This document shows positions 41,414-52,019 of a stretch of DNA of 64,000 bases, in pieces; position 1 is the stretch's first letter, and the number at the start of each line of letters is the position of its first letter. Position numbers and translations under genes: made by a program. The DNA lies in NCBI GenBank assembly GCA_965237525.1, contig CBDEFO010000007.1, forward strand, positions 32,001-96,000. The letters run 5' to 3'. The stretch is from Candidatus Latescibacterota bacterium. Its GTDB lineage: Bacteria > Latescibacterota > CBDEFO01. The notes beneath the pieces were generated by a model. That model did no database searches and was not told the origin of the DNA. It worked only from the letters and a program-made list of their open reading frames with translations.

Positions 41414-44400
41414 ATGAAGATCAAGAAGAAAATCCTGCTTTGGGGGCTCTCCGTTCTGTGCCTCGTTGTGATCTTCTTCGTTTCCTTTTTATACTACGGG
41501 TGGGGCTTCATTAATCTGGAAGAAAAAGTCAACAGCTTTATAGTGGAAAGAGTCTCCCCTTTGGTGGGCGGAACGCTGTATGTGAAAAGTTACAGGCTGG
41601 GTCTAGGATCTATAGTCCTTTACGATGTAAAGGCCGAATTGTACAACTTCAAATCGAGCCTTCAAATCGAAAAAGTAGTGGTCAAGTACGATCTGATCCA
41701 CGCTATGCTGCACTCCTTCAATTTTGAGGAGGGCTTAAGGGAGATCGTTCTTAACCGCCCACAGTTGACTCTCCAGCTTGCAGCAGATGAATCCCAGGTG
41801 CAAAGTGAAGATTTATCGTCAGTAGGCAGCCCGGATTTAGGCTTGAAGGTCAAGATCGTTCAGGGAAGCTTGGCCCTTGTGGGCCCTTTAAACGCAGTCC
41901 GCTCCTCTCCTCTCAAGGAAATCAAAGGGACAGTAGATATTGATAGTAATGGCAGGGCCACTATAGACCTTGAAGGAATGACCCCGAATGGAGGAGGTGC
42001 AAAATTAGACGGTTGGATCGAGCTTATGGGAAATGGATATGATCTTCAGGCATCGGTCGATTCATCCGATATATCCGGCACGTGGGTTGAGGCTTTTACA
42101 GAGGATATTTACGATCAAGCTGGCCAAATAGGATTTCGGTGCAGGCTTTCCCGGAGTGCTGAGGCAGGGGGAAAGCCGTTTTTGTATGGGGAAGGCCAGA
42201 TTAGCAACCTATCAGCCATGGTAAAACCGATACGACAGAGAATAGACTCCTTGAACGTCTCGTGGAAAGTTGAGGGTGATTCGCTCGTGATCAAGGAGGC
42301 TGAAGGTCTCTTGTGGAACACAAGACTTAATGCATCGGGAAACTTGAAGCTTTCGGGTGATCAAGAAACCGATATGGAATTTCGGTTCGCCGATGTTGAT
42401 TTAGAAAAAATGGTCGCTCTTCTAGCCCCGCAAGAAGAAAAGATCATCTGCGGAAGAGGTACCAGTCTGATCAGAGTGGACGGGCCACTTAAAGACCCCA
42501 GAGTGGTGGGAAAGTTCAAAGCCGAAAGCGCCTACTTAAAAAAAGATATCGAGATTTATGACCTGAATATCGATTTCAGAGTAAAGGAGCAGTCAATAGT
42601 TATAGATGACATAAAGACATCCTTGGGGAAAAGTAGACTTTGGGGTTTTGGCTCTATAGCGTTGAAAGATGATGAGAAAGGACAGATTAGTATTGCTCTG
42701 AAGTCCGATGATTTCAACGCAGAAGACGGAATTAGCTTCTTCGGATGGGAGGATGTCAAGGGAAAAGGGAGTCTGAACTTTGAACTATCCGGCGACATCA
42801 GTAACCTCAGGTGGTCCCTGCGGTATGTTCCCCAAGTACTGACTATAGGTGGGATAGACCTTCCCGCTCAGACGAACAATGTTGACTACAACGGAAAAGA
42901 TATTCACTTTGAATCTTCAGGCAAGGCTTGGAAAATCGTTGGCGTCCTGTCCGACCCGTTTGGACAAACTCCGCGGCTGGACGCAGACCTTGAGATAGAC
43001 GAACTTTTGACCCGTGTCAAGGAGATAGGAGGGGAAAATGTAGAAGGAGAAATAAAGCTGAAGGGAGCACTTTCCTCTATCGAGGCACGTGGACAACTCA
43101 ATCTCTGGACAGGTGACAGGGACGACGGGAGGTTATACGTCCAAGGGAGGTTCTACGACCTTTTTAAAGACACAAGACGGATAGAAGTCAAAGTCGACGC
43201 AGCTGGACTGAGGGTTTACGAGGGGAAGATAGATTTAACTTCCCAGGTATCTGAAGAAATAGATAAGATTCAACTGGACATTGGGACCAAAGATAAGAAG
43301 GTCCATTTTGTGGGATCTGTAGATCGGCGCGAAGGGGAGAGCATAACCGGAGAACTTTCGATAGGAGACTTTCCCACCAGCGATCTTTTGGGCTTCCTAG
43401 GATTTGAAGATACACCTTTAGAGGGCCAGATCGATGGGAGGGCATTAATTTCAGGAAGAATTGATAGCCTTCAGGTTATGGGCGCTTTAGAGATATCCGA
43501 TGCACGCATCAACAACGCCGATTCTATTAAAGCTGTGGTCGACCTGGATTGGGACAATGACGTTTTGAATATTCATAATTATTTCCTCTTCCAGAACGAA
43601 AAGATGATATTCAGTGGAAGAGGAAACTGGAGGAACGCAGGGAACTTTGACCTGAGGGCCAAGTCAGAAGAGATGGACCTTTCTACTCTGCTGGCACTCT
43701 TAGGAGCCAGCAAAGTAGAGGCTTCGGGTGCGGTCAAATTGGATGCTAACTTTATAAGTAGAGAGGATACATCAGCCGCAAAGGTGGAGTTTTCTGGAGA
43801 AGGTGGCCACATCTTCGGCGTGCCCTTCGACAGGATGGCTGCTCTTTTGAGAGGAGATCTTGCGAGGCTTGAGATACATGATTTCAAAATAGAAAAGGAC
43901 GAAAAATATAGAGTGTCAATCGCAGGCGAACTCCCCTTCATAAGAGCCAAAGAGGACCGAGAGAAGCTGTTGAACGTAAATGTGGAGGCGGCAGGCGATC
44001 TTTTGTCTTTTGCCTTCAGGTCAGCATTTATAGAAGAGGCCTCGGGAAATGCCAGCGCGTCCTTTAGAATCGGAGGCCAATGGAAGGAACCATATATAGA
44101 ACAGGCGGAAATTAGCTTTTCCGGAGGTCAGTTGAAGCCTTCTACATTTGTAAGACAGGTGGATGACTTGAAGGGACGTCTCGTGCTCGAACCCGGCTCA
44201 AACTTCCTCATTATGCAAGGCATATCAGGCAGAGTCGGTTCCGATATGATATTCGTAAAGAACGTACAAGCTGCTCTTGCCAAAGGGCAAAATATCCCTC
44301 ATTTTGTGATAAAAAGCTTGGGGGATCTCAACCTGGGCGTTCTAATAATAGAGACCTCTAAAGACGGCATAGAGATTAACATCCCGCCTCTGATGGATCA

Positions 44401-45496
44401 AGGGAAGGGGAAGTTCTTCTTCCTCCCAAGGGCCGCAGGGGAGCACTTTTACGTCGGCGGCCCCAAAGAATCTCCTCTGGTCAGGGGAAGGCTGGAGGGG
44501 AAAAATGGCGAGTTTACGTATCCCTTCCTCGAACCTGAATCCGAAAGTCCCATTTTCGATTTCGTCGAAATCGTAAACTGGGACATGCTGGCAGTAGCCA
44601 AAAACGGCGTCGAATATTTCAGAGAAATTCCATCCCTCGTCCGCGGAGTCCAAGCAGGGCGAGCAAGGGCCCGTATACAGGAGGGAAGCTACCTGGATTT
44701 TCAAGGGATCGACCAAGACGGTTCGTTCTATGTGACAGGGAAGGTAAGTTCGGTCAAAGGAACCATCAGCCTTTTAGATACCGAGTTTAATCTCTCAGAA
44801 GAGACAGGGGCAGAAGTGGATACTAAATACGGTGAGTATGCACGGTTCTACGGCAAGGCTTCAACCACCGTCTATGACGACTCGACAGGAGTCCCTACCC
44901 AGATATATTTGGAACTCTACGCCCTGGACCAATACACCAGGACAGAACTGGATAAGGCTCATTGGGAAGATTTTCGCTTCAAGCTCACATCGTTAGACCC
45001 TGCTGATGACTCCCAGGAGAAGATATTGGCCCAATTAGGATACGTCAGCGGAAATTACGACAAAAAGGCGATAGACGCTATGGCGATGATGAGCGACACC
45101 ATCTTCAGGAGACACATAGCCCATCCAGTAGAAAGGGGCTTAAGGTCGTCGCTGGGAATAGATGTGTTAAGAATAAGACCCCTTTTGGCATCAAATCTGT
45201 TCGGGAAAGAAGAAGGAATCTTTAAAGGAGCACAGAATGTGGGAACGTGGAGGTTCCTCCGAGGGAGCAGACTCACAGTGGGAGAATACCTGGGAGACCG
45301 CTGGTTCCTGTCCTACACGGGATTACTGGATACAGGCGCCGATAGCCTGCAAAGAGACGCTTTAGGCATCAAGCACAGCTTAGGTTTAGAATATCTGATA
45401 AAGGCCAGAACCAGATTAGAGCTTAAATATTACTACGACGATATTGTCCGGGAAAACGACAGACGGCTAAATATAAGGCACGAGTTCGATTTTTAG
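41414..45496 (+). CDS. TamB/AsmA-like large periplasmic beta-strand protein
   Basis: N-terminal TM anchor, 1360 aa of beta-rich repeats, directly upstream of bamA. Confidence 0.7.
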   Translation: MKIKKKILLWGLSVLCLVVIFFVSFLYYGWGFINLEEKVNSFIVERVSPLVGGTLYVKSYRLGLGSIVLYDVKAELYNFKSSLQIEKVVVKYDLIHAMLHSFNFEEGLREIVLNRPQLTLQLAADESQVQSEDLSSVGSPDLGLKVKIVQGSLALVGPLNAVRSSPLKEIKGTVDIDSNGRATIDLEGMTPNGGGAKLDGWIELMGNGYDLQASVDSSDISGTWVEAFTEDIYDQAGQIGFRCRLSRSAEAGGKPFLYGEGQISNLSAMVKPIRQRIDSLNVSWKVEGDSLVIKEAEGLLWNTRLNASGNLKLSGDQETDMEFRFADVDLEKMVALLAPQEEKIICGRGTSLIRVDGPLKDPRVVGKFKAESAYLKKDIEIYDLNIDFRVKEQSIVIDDIKTSLGKSRLWGFGSIALKDDEKGQISIALKSDDFNAEDGISFFGWEDVKGKGSLNFELSGDISNLRWSLRYVPQVLTIGGIDLPAQTNNVDYNGKDIHFESSGKAWKIVGVLSDPFGQTPRLDADLEIDELLTRVKEIGGENVEGEIKLKGALSSIEARGQLNLWTGDRDDGRLYVQGRFYDLFKDTRRIEVKVDAAGLRVYEGKIDLTSQVSEEIDKIQLDIGTKDKKVHFVGSVDRREGESITGELSIGDFPTSDLLGFLGFEDTPLEGQIDGRALISGRIDSLQVMGALEISDARINNADSIKAVVDLDWDNDVLNIHNYFLFQNEKMIFSGRGNWRNAGNFDLRAKSEEMDLSTLLALLGASKVEASGAVKLDANFISREDTSAAKVEFSGEGGHIFGVPFDRMAALLRGDLARLEIHDFKIEKDEKYRVSIAGELPFIRAKEDREKLLNVNVEAAGDLLSFAFRSAFIEEASGNASASFRIGGQWKEPYIEQAEISFSGGQLKPSTFVRQVDDLKGRLVLEPGSNFLIMQGISGRVGSDMIFVKNVQAALAKGQNIPHFVIKSLGDLNLGVLIIETSKDGIEINIPPLMDQGKGKFFFLPRAAGEHFYVGGPKESPLVRGRLEGKNGEFTYPFLEPESESPIFDFVEIVNWDMLAVAKNGVEYFREIPSLVRGVQAGRARARIQEGSYLDFQGIDQDGSFYVTGKVSSVKGTISLLDTEFNLSEETGAEVDTKYGEYARFYGKASTTVYDDSTGVPTQIYLELYALDQYTRTELDKAHWEDFRFKLTSLDPADDSQEKILAQLGYVSGNYDKKAIDAMAMMSDTIFRRHIAHPVERGLRSSLGIDVLRIRPLLASNLFGKEEGIFKGAQNVGTWRFLRGSRLTVGEYLGDRWFLSYTGLLDTGADSLQRDALGIKHSLGLEYLIKARTRLELKYYYDDIVRENDRRLNIRHEFDF

Positions 45497-45556
45497 GCAT
45501 TTTCAGTTTTTCCCGCCTCCTATTTCAAAGACGGAGTATGCGAAAGCGAGGCTTGT

Positions 45557-47863
45557 ATGAAGGGCCGGATACTTATATTTACAATATCAATGATCTTGAT
45601 CACAGAGATCTTTTTTCCTTCCCTATCTCTATCTCAGTTAGGGTCTACAAGAATCTCTAAGATCAGCGTTGAGGGCAACGTCCGCTCAAACGAATCTTTA
45701 ATTGTGAGCGCATCGGGACTACGGCATGGGCAGTATGTTACGCGTGAGGATATCCGGGACGCGATACGGGATCTCTACGCTTTGGGCCTCTTCCACGATA
45801 TAAAGGTCCTTAAAGAGGAAGATGAAAACGGAGAAACGGTGCTGACGTTAGAAGTAAAAGAATATCCAGCGCTCAAGGAGCTCAGGTTCGAGGGGAACGA
45901 TAAGATAAAGGATAAGGACCTAGAAAAGACCGTAGGGTTTATAAAGGAACAGGTTATAAGCCCCAAGGATTTAAAGGACGCCGAAATAAAGATAAGATCA
46001 ATGTATGAGGATAAGGGATACCTCCTGGCAGAAGTAGATCATAATCTATTCAAGTCGGGCGAACTCGGAGAGATTATACTCGGCTTCAATATCCGCGAAG
46101 GGGTCAAGGTGCAGGTCAAAAGGATAGGGATATTTGGGAATGAGAAAATTAACGATTCTGACATTAGCAAGCAGATGGAGATCAAAGAGGACAGATGGTG
46201 GAGGGGAGGCGACTTCAAAAGGGATGTGTACAGAGAAGACCTCAGGAAGATAGAGATCTTTTACAGGAGCAATGGCTACAGGGACGCTGAGATACTGCGT
46301 GACAGCCTCTACTATGATGGGACTAGGGAGGGCCTGTACATAGATATTTACGTCCAGGAGGGGACACTATACCGATTCGGAGAGGTCACGTGGGAGGGGA
46401 ATACATTTATCAGCAACGATGAGATCTCAAAGCAGGTGGTTGCAAAAAGAGGACAGTCTTACGAGGAGTTTAAATACCTGATGACGCGCCAGAACATATC
46501 CTCAGCGTATCAGGAGACCGGCTATCTCAACATCAGAGTTATCCCCGAAATTGTAGATCTGGAAGGAAAGGTAAACATACACTTTAAGATCCTGGAAGGC
46601 AATCCTTCAAGGGTTAAAATCGTCAAGATTAAAGGGAATACCAAGACGAAAGAAAAGGTAATACGAAGAGAACTCTCCGTCAAGCCAGGACAGGTCTTTA
46701 GACGTTCAGAACTGGAGAGGAGCGTACGGGACATATATATCCTCGGATACTTCAAAAACGTTGAGCCCAAGCACGAAGTATTAGAAAACGGGGACGTAAA
46801 CATAGAGTTTGACGTGGAGGAAAGGCACACAGGGACGGCGTCCATGGGTGCGGGATTCAGCGAAAGAGATAGACTTGTGGGAACCATAGGTCTATCGGTA
46901 CCCAACTTTCTGGGCAACGGTCAAAAGCTCGACTTCAACTGGGATTTCGGAACCAGAAGAGAACTTCTAAGGATAGGATTTACAGAGCCGTGGCTCTTTG
47001 ACACGCCTACCTCAGGATCGTTTAACATATTCAAGAGCAAAAGCCAGTTCTTCAGCAACGGTACAGATGAATTCGATCTGAAGCGGCAGGGTGTCTCGGT
47101 GTCGATGGGCAGGAAACTCGGATGGCCCGATAGCTTCTCAAGGGGCGTGATAAGATACAGGTTCGAGGAAGAAAGGTTCGGTAATTTCTCAGCGGAATAC
47201 ACAGGGACCTTTAAAGATAGAAAACCTACCAAAACGGCTACCTTGAGCGCAACTTATATCAGGGACAGCCGCGATCTTCCCCTCTTTCCCACAAAGGGCT
47301 CTATAGTCTCGTACACTCCGGAGTTTGGAGGCGAGTTCCTCGGTGGCGACGCCGATTACTACAAGCATTTTTTAGATGGCAATTTCTTCTTTGGCACACT
47401 CTGGAAGTTCGTGCTAAACGTCAGAACAAGGGTCGGGTTCGTCAAGACATTTGCGGACGACATAGATAACATCCCGTTTACCGAGAAGTTTACACCGGGA
47501 GGAATTGACATAGTAGATGGCATGATCAGGGGCTACTCCGACAGATCTGTGGGACCAAGAGAGGACGGATTTAGACAGGGAGGTAATTCGATGTTGATCT
47601 TCAACATAGAATATCGGTTCCCCGTAGTCGATCAGCAGATGTACGGGATATTCTTCGCCGACGCTGGAAACGCCTGGAAACATCCTTCTGATCTGGACAT
47701 TGGAAGCCTCAAACGTTCCGCAGGCTTCGGCATAAGGTTCATGGCTCCCATAATAGGCTTGATCGGATTCGACTTTGCCTACGGATTCGACAGGGAAGAA
47801 GTGGACGGTGCGCTGCCCGAGTGGAAGACACACTTCCAGTTTGGTCCACAACTGCAGTATTAG
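45557..47863 (+). CDS. bamA: Outer membrane protein assembly factor
   Basis: POTRA repeats (GN..T..VIRRE), IRGY motif, C-terminal barrel. Confidence 0.95.
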   Translation: MKGRILIFTISMILITEIFFPSLSLSQLGSTRISKISVEGNVRSNESLIVSASGLRHGQYVTREDIRDAIRDLYALGLFHDIKVLKEEDENGETVLTLEVKEYPALKELRFEGNDKIKDKDLEKTVGFIKEQVISPKDLKDAEIKIRSMYEDKGYLLAEVDHNLFKSGELGEIILGFNIREGVKVQVKRIGIFGNEKINDSDISKQMEIKEDRWWRGGDFKRDVYREDLRKIEIFYRSNGYRDAEILRDSLYYDGTREGLYIDIYVQEGTLYRFGEVTWEGNTFISNDEISKQVVAKRGQSYEEFKYLMTRQNISSAYQETGYLNIRVIPEIVDLEGKVNIHFKILEGNPSRVKIVKIKGNTKTKEKVIRRELSVKPGQVFRRSELERSVRDIYILGYFKNVEPKHEVLENGDVNIEFDVEERHTGTASMGAGFSERDRLVGTIGLSVPNFLGNGQKLDFNWDFGTRRELLRIGFTEPWLFDTPTSGSFNIFKSKSQFFSNGTDEFDLKRQGVSVSMGRKLGWPDSFSRGVIRYRFEEERFGNFSAEYTGTFKDRKPTKTATLSATYIRDSRDLPLFPTKGSIVSYTPEFGGEFLGGDADYYKHFLDGNFFFGTLWKFVLNVRTRVGFVKTFADDIDNIPFTEKFTPGGIDIVDGMIRGYSDRSVGPREDGFRQGGNSMLIFNIEYRFPVVDQQMYGIFFADAGNAWKHPSDLDIGSLKRSAGFGIRFMAPIIGLIGFDFAYGFDREEVDGALPEWKTHFQFGPQLQY

Positions 47864-47995
47864 AAAATAGTGCTGTCTGGGATGGATGGATGAAGTGGCG
47901 GCAACAAACCACGAAGTGATCTGACGACATAACACACCTTTTTCGCAAGACAATTCCTCAATGCTTTTGGGGACCCCCTCAAGGAGAGAATCGCT

Positions 47996-48565
47996 ATGCG
48001 TTCCAAAGTTCTTTTAAAAAGGTCTATCTTTACCACCGCTGTGGCGTCTACCGTTGTTCTGTTCTGGGCTGTTTTCTCCCATGCCGCTGATCTGAAGGTT
48101 GCCTACATCAACTCGGAGCGCATACTCTCAGACTATAAGGCCCTTGCTGAAGTTCAGCAAGAACTGGACAGATACAAGGATCAGTGGGAGAAAGAGGCCG
48201 AAAAGAAGCAGAGGGAGTTAGAACGTCTCAAGGAGGAATATGAGGTACAGCGGTTGCTTATGAGCGAGGAGAAGAGAAAAGAGCTTGAAAGGGATGGGGA
48301 GGCTAAGGCCCAGGCCCTTCAGAAGTTCGTGGATGAGTTCCTCTCCCCAGGGGGGAAGTATGCTCAAAAGAACATAGAGCTCTCCAAGCCGATCTACGAT
48401 GAGATAAACTCCTTAATAAAGAATATAGGGGAAGAGGAGGACTACGACTTTATCTTCGACTCACCGGGCCTGCTCTTCGCAAAACCCCAATATGACATAA
48501 CCGACCGGATATTAGAGGAACTGGACAAAGAGATCCCCACGTCCAAGGAGTCCCAATCAGAATAG
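47996..48565 (+). CDS. skp: OmpH/Skp chaperone
   Basis: KVAYIN, coiled coil, YDFIFD, DITDRIL. Confidence 0.9.
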   Translation: MRSKVLLKRSIFTTAVASTVVLFWAVFSHAADLKVAYINSERILSDYKALAEVQQELDRYKDQWEKEAEKKQRELERLKEEYEVQRLLMSEEKRKELERDGEAKAQALQKFVDEFLSPGGKYAQKNIELSKPIYDEINSLIKNIGEEEDYDFIFDSPGLLFAKPQYDITDRILEELDKEIPTSKESQSE

Positions 48566-48587
48566 GACTTAAAAATCGTCTTAGCCC

Positions 48588-49670
48588 ATGCAAATGAGAT
48601 TAGACCAAATCGTCAGCCTGGTCGGGGGAGAGATCCTGGGAGATGGCGGCACACTAATATCGGGAGTCGCGGGCATAGATGACGCCGAACAAGGCGATAT
48701 TACCTTCCTTTCCAATCCCCAATATCGCCGTTATCTCAAATCCACAAAGGCCTCTGCCTTGATCCTCCCGTCCACATCTTCTTCCCCGATTGAATCTATC
48801 GGGGATAGCCCCCATAAAGATGAAGATTCCATTTCTATCCCCGTTATCCTTTCTGAAAACCCCTATTACTGCTTCGCCCAGGTTATGCGACTCTTCCACA
48901 CACAGGAGGATGAATATCCCAAGGAGATACACCTCACTGCTCAAGTGGCCAAGACCGCCCAGATCGGCGCTGGTATATATATAGGTCCTCACGTCTGTGT
49001 GGAAGAGGGAGCAAAGATCGAAGATGGAGTTAGAATCTGTGCAAATTCCATCATAGGAAAAAACTGCAAAATAGGCCAGGGGACTCTGATATATCCAAAC
49101 GTGACGATCTACAAGGAAATACAGATCGGAAAGGACGTGATAATACACTCCGGAGCTGTTATAGGGAGCGACGGTTTCGGGTTTGCCCCGGATAATGGCA
49201 AATATCACAAGGTCCCGCAGGTAGGTACTGTGATCATCGAAGATGACGCTGAGATAGGAGCTAATACCACGATAGATCGTGCAACAATGGGCGTTACACG
49301 GATAGGAAAAGGAACCAAGATCGACAACCTGGTTCAGATAGCCCACAATGTGGAGATAGCTGCGGACACCGTTATTGCCGCCCAGGCAGGGGTTTCTGGG
49401 AGTACAAAGATCGGGAGAAAGTGCCAGATTGGTGGCCAAGTTGGCTTCGTAGGTCATATTGAATTGGGAGACGAATCGATAGTAGGTGCGCAATCGGGAA
49501 TAGCCAAATCGTTCCCCGAAAAGTCGTTCATAACAGGAAGTCCCGCAAGATCAATAGAAATAGTCAGAAAGACAGAGGCCTATCAGAGCAAGATCCCCGA
49601 CCTTTTAAAGAGAGTCAAGCAGTTGGAAAAACAGATGGAAGAACTCAAAGAGGAGTTGAGGGACGGATAA
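48588..49670 (+). CDS. lpxD: UDP-3-O-acylglucosamine N-acyltransferase
   Basis: [28 protein letters not shown]; hexapeptide repeats. Confidence 0.96.
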   Translation: MQMRLDQIVSLVGGEILGDGGTLISGVAGIDDAEQGDITFLSNPQYRRYLKSTKASALILPSTSSSPIESIGDSPHKDEDSISIPVILSENPYYCFAQVMRLFHTQEDEYPKEIHLTAQVAKTAQIGAGIYIGPHVCVEEGAKIEDGVRICANSIIGKNCKIGQGTLIYPNVTIYKEIQIGKDVIIHSGAVIGSDGFGFAPDNGKYHKVPQVGTVIIEDDAEIGANTTIDRATMGVTRIGKGTKIDNLVQIAHNVEIAADTVIAAQAGVSGSTKIGRKCQIGGQVGFVGHIELGDESIVGAQSGIAKSFPEKSFITGSPARSIEIVRKTEAYQSKIPDLLKRVKQLEKQMEELKEELRDG

Positions 49671-49671
49671 G

Positions 49672-51081
49672 ATGCTCAAGAATCAGCGCACTATAGCAAA
49701 AGAGGTATCGTGCTCTGGCACGGGTCTGCACACCGGCTCGGAAGTCAAGGCTACGTTTAAACCGTCAGGAATCAATACAGGTGTGACGTTTGTGCGCACA
49801 GATCTTCCTATGAATCCCGAGATTCCAGCGGATATAGACCACGTAGTAGATACATCAAGGGGGACAACCATAGGAATTGACAACGCCAAAGTTCACACAG
49901 TAGAGCACCTCCTGGCCGCTCTGGCAGGATTGGGAATAGACAACGTCACAGTAGAGATAAGTTCCAGCGAGCCCCCGGTCGGCGACGGCAGCGCGATGAT
50001 CTTTGTTGAGTCCCTGCAGAAGGCAGGATTTGTGGAGCAGGACTCTCCTAAAGACTACATCATCATAGAGGAGATGATCAGATACTCCGAGCCCGATGGC
50101 GGTCCCGAATTGGTGGTTTTACCCTCAGACGACTTCAAGGTCACCTTTATGAGCGCTCCTGACACGCCGGCTGTAGAAGCCCAATATACAGGTATGTTCT
50201 CACTGGAGGACGAGTTCATAGTGGACTACGCACCGGCGCGCACCTTTTGTCTGTTGAGTGAACTTAAGACCCTAAGAGAGCAAAACCTCATCAGGGGAGG
50301 TAGCCTCTCTAACGCCCTTGTCATCGCGGATGTCACTAGTAGTGAGGAGGAACTCGACGAACTCAAGGATCTTTTTGGAATTACCGAGCAAGTAACGGTG
50401 GGCCAGAACGGTCTCATCAACGGAGTGGAACTTCGCTTCCCCAACGAATTCTGTCGCCACAAAGTCCTCGACCTTACGGGAGACCTCTTTCTTTTGGGTG
50501 CTCCTATCCGGGGGCACGTCATGGCGGTCAGCTCAGGGCACAGGTCGAACATAGAATTTGCTACAATGATCAGAAAAATCTATGAGAAAAGAAAGATAGC
50601 CAAAGAGTACGACCACGCCAAGAGCGACAAATTCCTCTTCGACATAAGAGCCATCCGAAAGATTATGCCTCATCGCTATCCCTTCCTCATGATCGACAGA
50701 ATAATATATATGCTCCCAGGGGAAAAGGTGGTGGGTATAAAGAACGTCACGATCAACGAACAGTTCTTCACAGGACACTTCCCGACCGATCCTGTTATGC
50801 CAGCTGTCCTTCAGATAGAGGCTATGGCTCAAGTGGGGGGCATATTATTCCTGAGCACAGTGGACGATCCCGAAAAGAAACTGGTCTATTTCTTGGGAGT
50901 CGATAAGGCTAAGTTCAGAAAGCCTGTAGTTCCGGGAGATCAAATTCGCTTTGAGCTAGACATGATCAGGCTTCGGCGCACAACCTGCAAGATGCAGGGC
51001 AAAGCCTGTGTGGACGGAGATTTAGTAGCTGAAGCCGAGCTTACGGCAATGCTCGTGGATAAAGAAAATCCTCCTCACTGA
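49672..51081 (+). CDS. lpxC-fabZ: Bifunctional LpxC-FabZ fusion
   Basis: GTGLHTG, TVEHLLA, RHKVLD, then PHRYPFL and GHFP. Confidence 0.95.
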   Translation: MLKNQRTIAKEVSCSGTGLHTGSEVKATFKPSGINTGVTFVRTDLPMNPEIPADIDHVVDTSRGTTIGIDNAKVHTVEHLLAALAGLGIDNVTVEISSSEPPVGDGSAMIFVESLQKAGFVEQDSPKDYIIIEEMIRYSEPDGGPELVVLPSDDFKVTFMSAPDTPAVEAQYTGMFSLEDEFIVDYAPARTFCLLSELKTLREQNLIRGGSLSNALVIADVTSSEEELDELKDLFGITEQVTVGQNGLINGVELRFPNEFCRHKVLDLTGDLFLLGAPIRGHVMAVSSGHRSNIEFATMIRKIYEKRKIAKEYDHAKSDKFLFDIRAIRKIMPHRYPFLMIDRIIYMLPGEKVVGIKNVTINEQFFTGHFPTDPVMPAVLQIEAMAQVGGILFLSTVDDPEKKLVYFLGVDKAKFRKPVVPGDQIRFELDMIRLRRTTCKMQGKACVDGDLVAEAELTAMLVDKENPPH

Positions 51082-51169
51082 ACCTCCCTATTGCCCTGAT
51101 TCATCCTACCGCTTATCGTAAAGGCGGGGTAACCCCGTCCTCCACTTGATTCATCATCAGAGGCGAGAA

Positions 51170-51961
51170 TTGGAAATACACAAGTTTGCCCAATTAAGCC
51201 CCCAAGCCCAGTTGGACCAGGATGTCTCTATAGGTCCCTTCTCCCTGATCGAAGCGGGAGTAACCATAGGATCAGGGACTAATATAGGCTCGAATGTTCT
51301 GATAGCCAAAGGCTCCATAATAGGCCGGGATTGTTCCATCCATCACGGCGCTGTAGTAGGTTCTGTACCCCAGGATTTGAAATTTCACGGCGAAGAGACG
51401 ACGCTGGAAATGGGAGACAGGACGGTTATAAGAGAATACGCCACACTAAACCGCGGGACGTCGCACCGGATGAAGACCAGAATTGGGAGTGATTGCCTCC
51501 TAATGGCGTACGTCCATGTGGCTCACGACTGCATAATCAAAGACAACGTCGTCATTTCTAACTGCACGCAGATGGCAGGTCACGTGACTGTGGAAGACTA
51601 TGTCAGGCTGTCGGGATGCGTGCTGATTCAACAATTCAGCAGGATAGGACAACATAGCTTCGTATCCGGGGGGTGCCGCATAACTAAGGATGTGCCACCG
51701 TTCATAAAAGCCTCCGGAGATCCGCCAAGTCCCGTCGGACTCAACGTCGGCAAGGGACAGACCGGTCCTGTGGGATTGGAAATGCACGGTATATCGAAGG
51801 AGGCTGTAGAGATTTTGAAGAAAGCATACAAGATCATCTTCAGGTCTGATATGAACACGACGCAGGCTATAGAGACAGTGAAAGCAGAGATCGAACAGAC
51901 AGAAGAGGTGAAGGCTCTTATAGAGTTTATAGAAAGCAGCGAAAGAGGAATAATAAAATAG
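51170..51961 (+). CDS. lpxA: UDP-GlcNAc O-acyltransferase
   Basis: PQDLKF, IREY, HVAHDC, AGHV, KDVPPF; TTG start inferred. Confidence 0.93.
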   Translation: MEIHKFAQLSPQAQLDQDVSIGPFSLIEAGVTIGSGTNIGSNVLIAKGSIIGRDCSIHHGAVVGSVPQDLKFHGEETTLEMGDRTVIREYATLNRGTSHRMKTRIGSDCLLMAYVHVAHDCIIKDNVVISNCTQMAGHVTVEDYVRLSGCVLIQQFSRIGQHSFVSGGCRITKDVPPFIKASGDPPSPVGLNVGKGQTGPVGLEMHGISKEAVEILKKAYKIIFRSDMNTTQAIETVKAEIEQTEEVKALIEFIESSERGIIK

Positions 51962-52019
51962 TAAACAGGGTATCCTCTCTCATCCGCGTATGCTATCTAC
52001 TTGCTCTGGAGGTGCTAAG

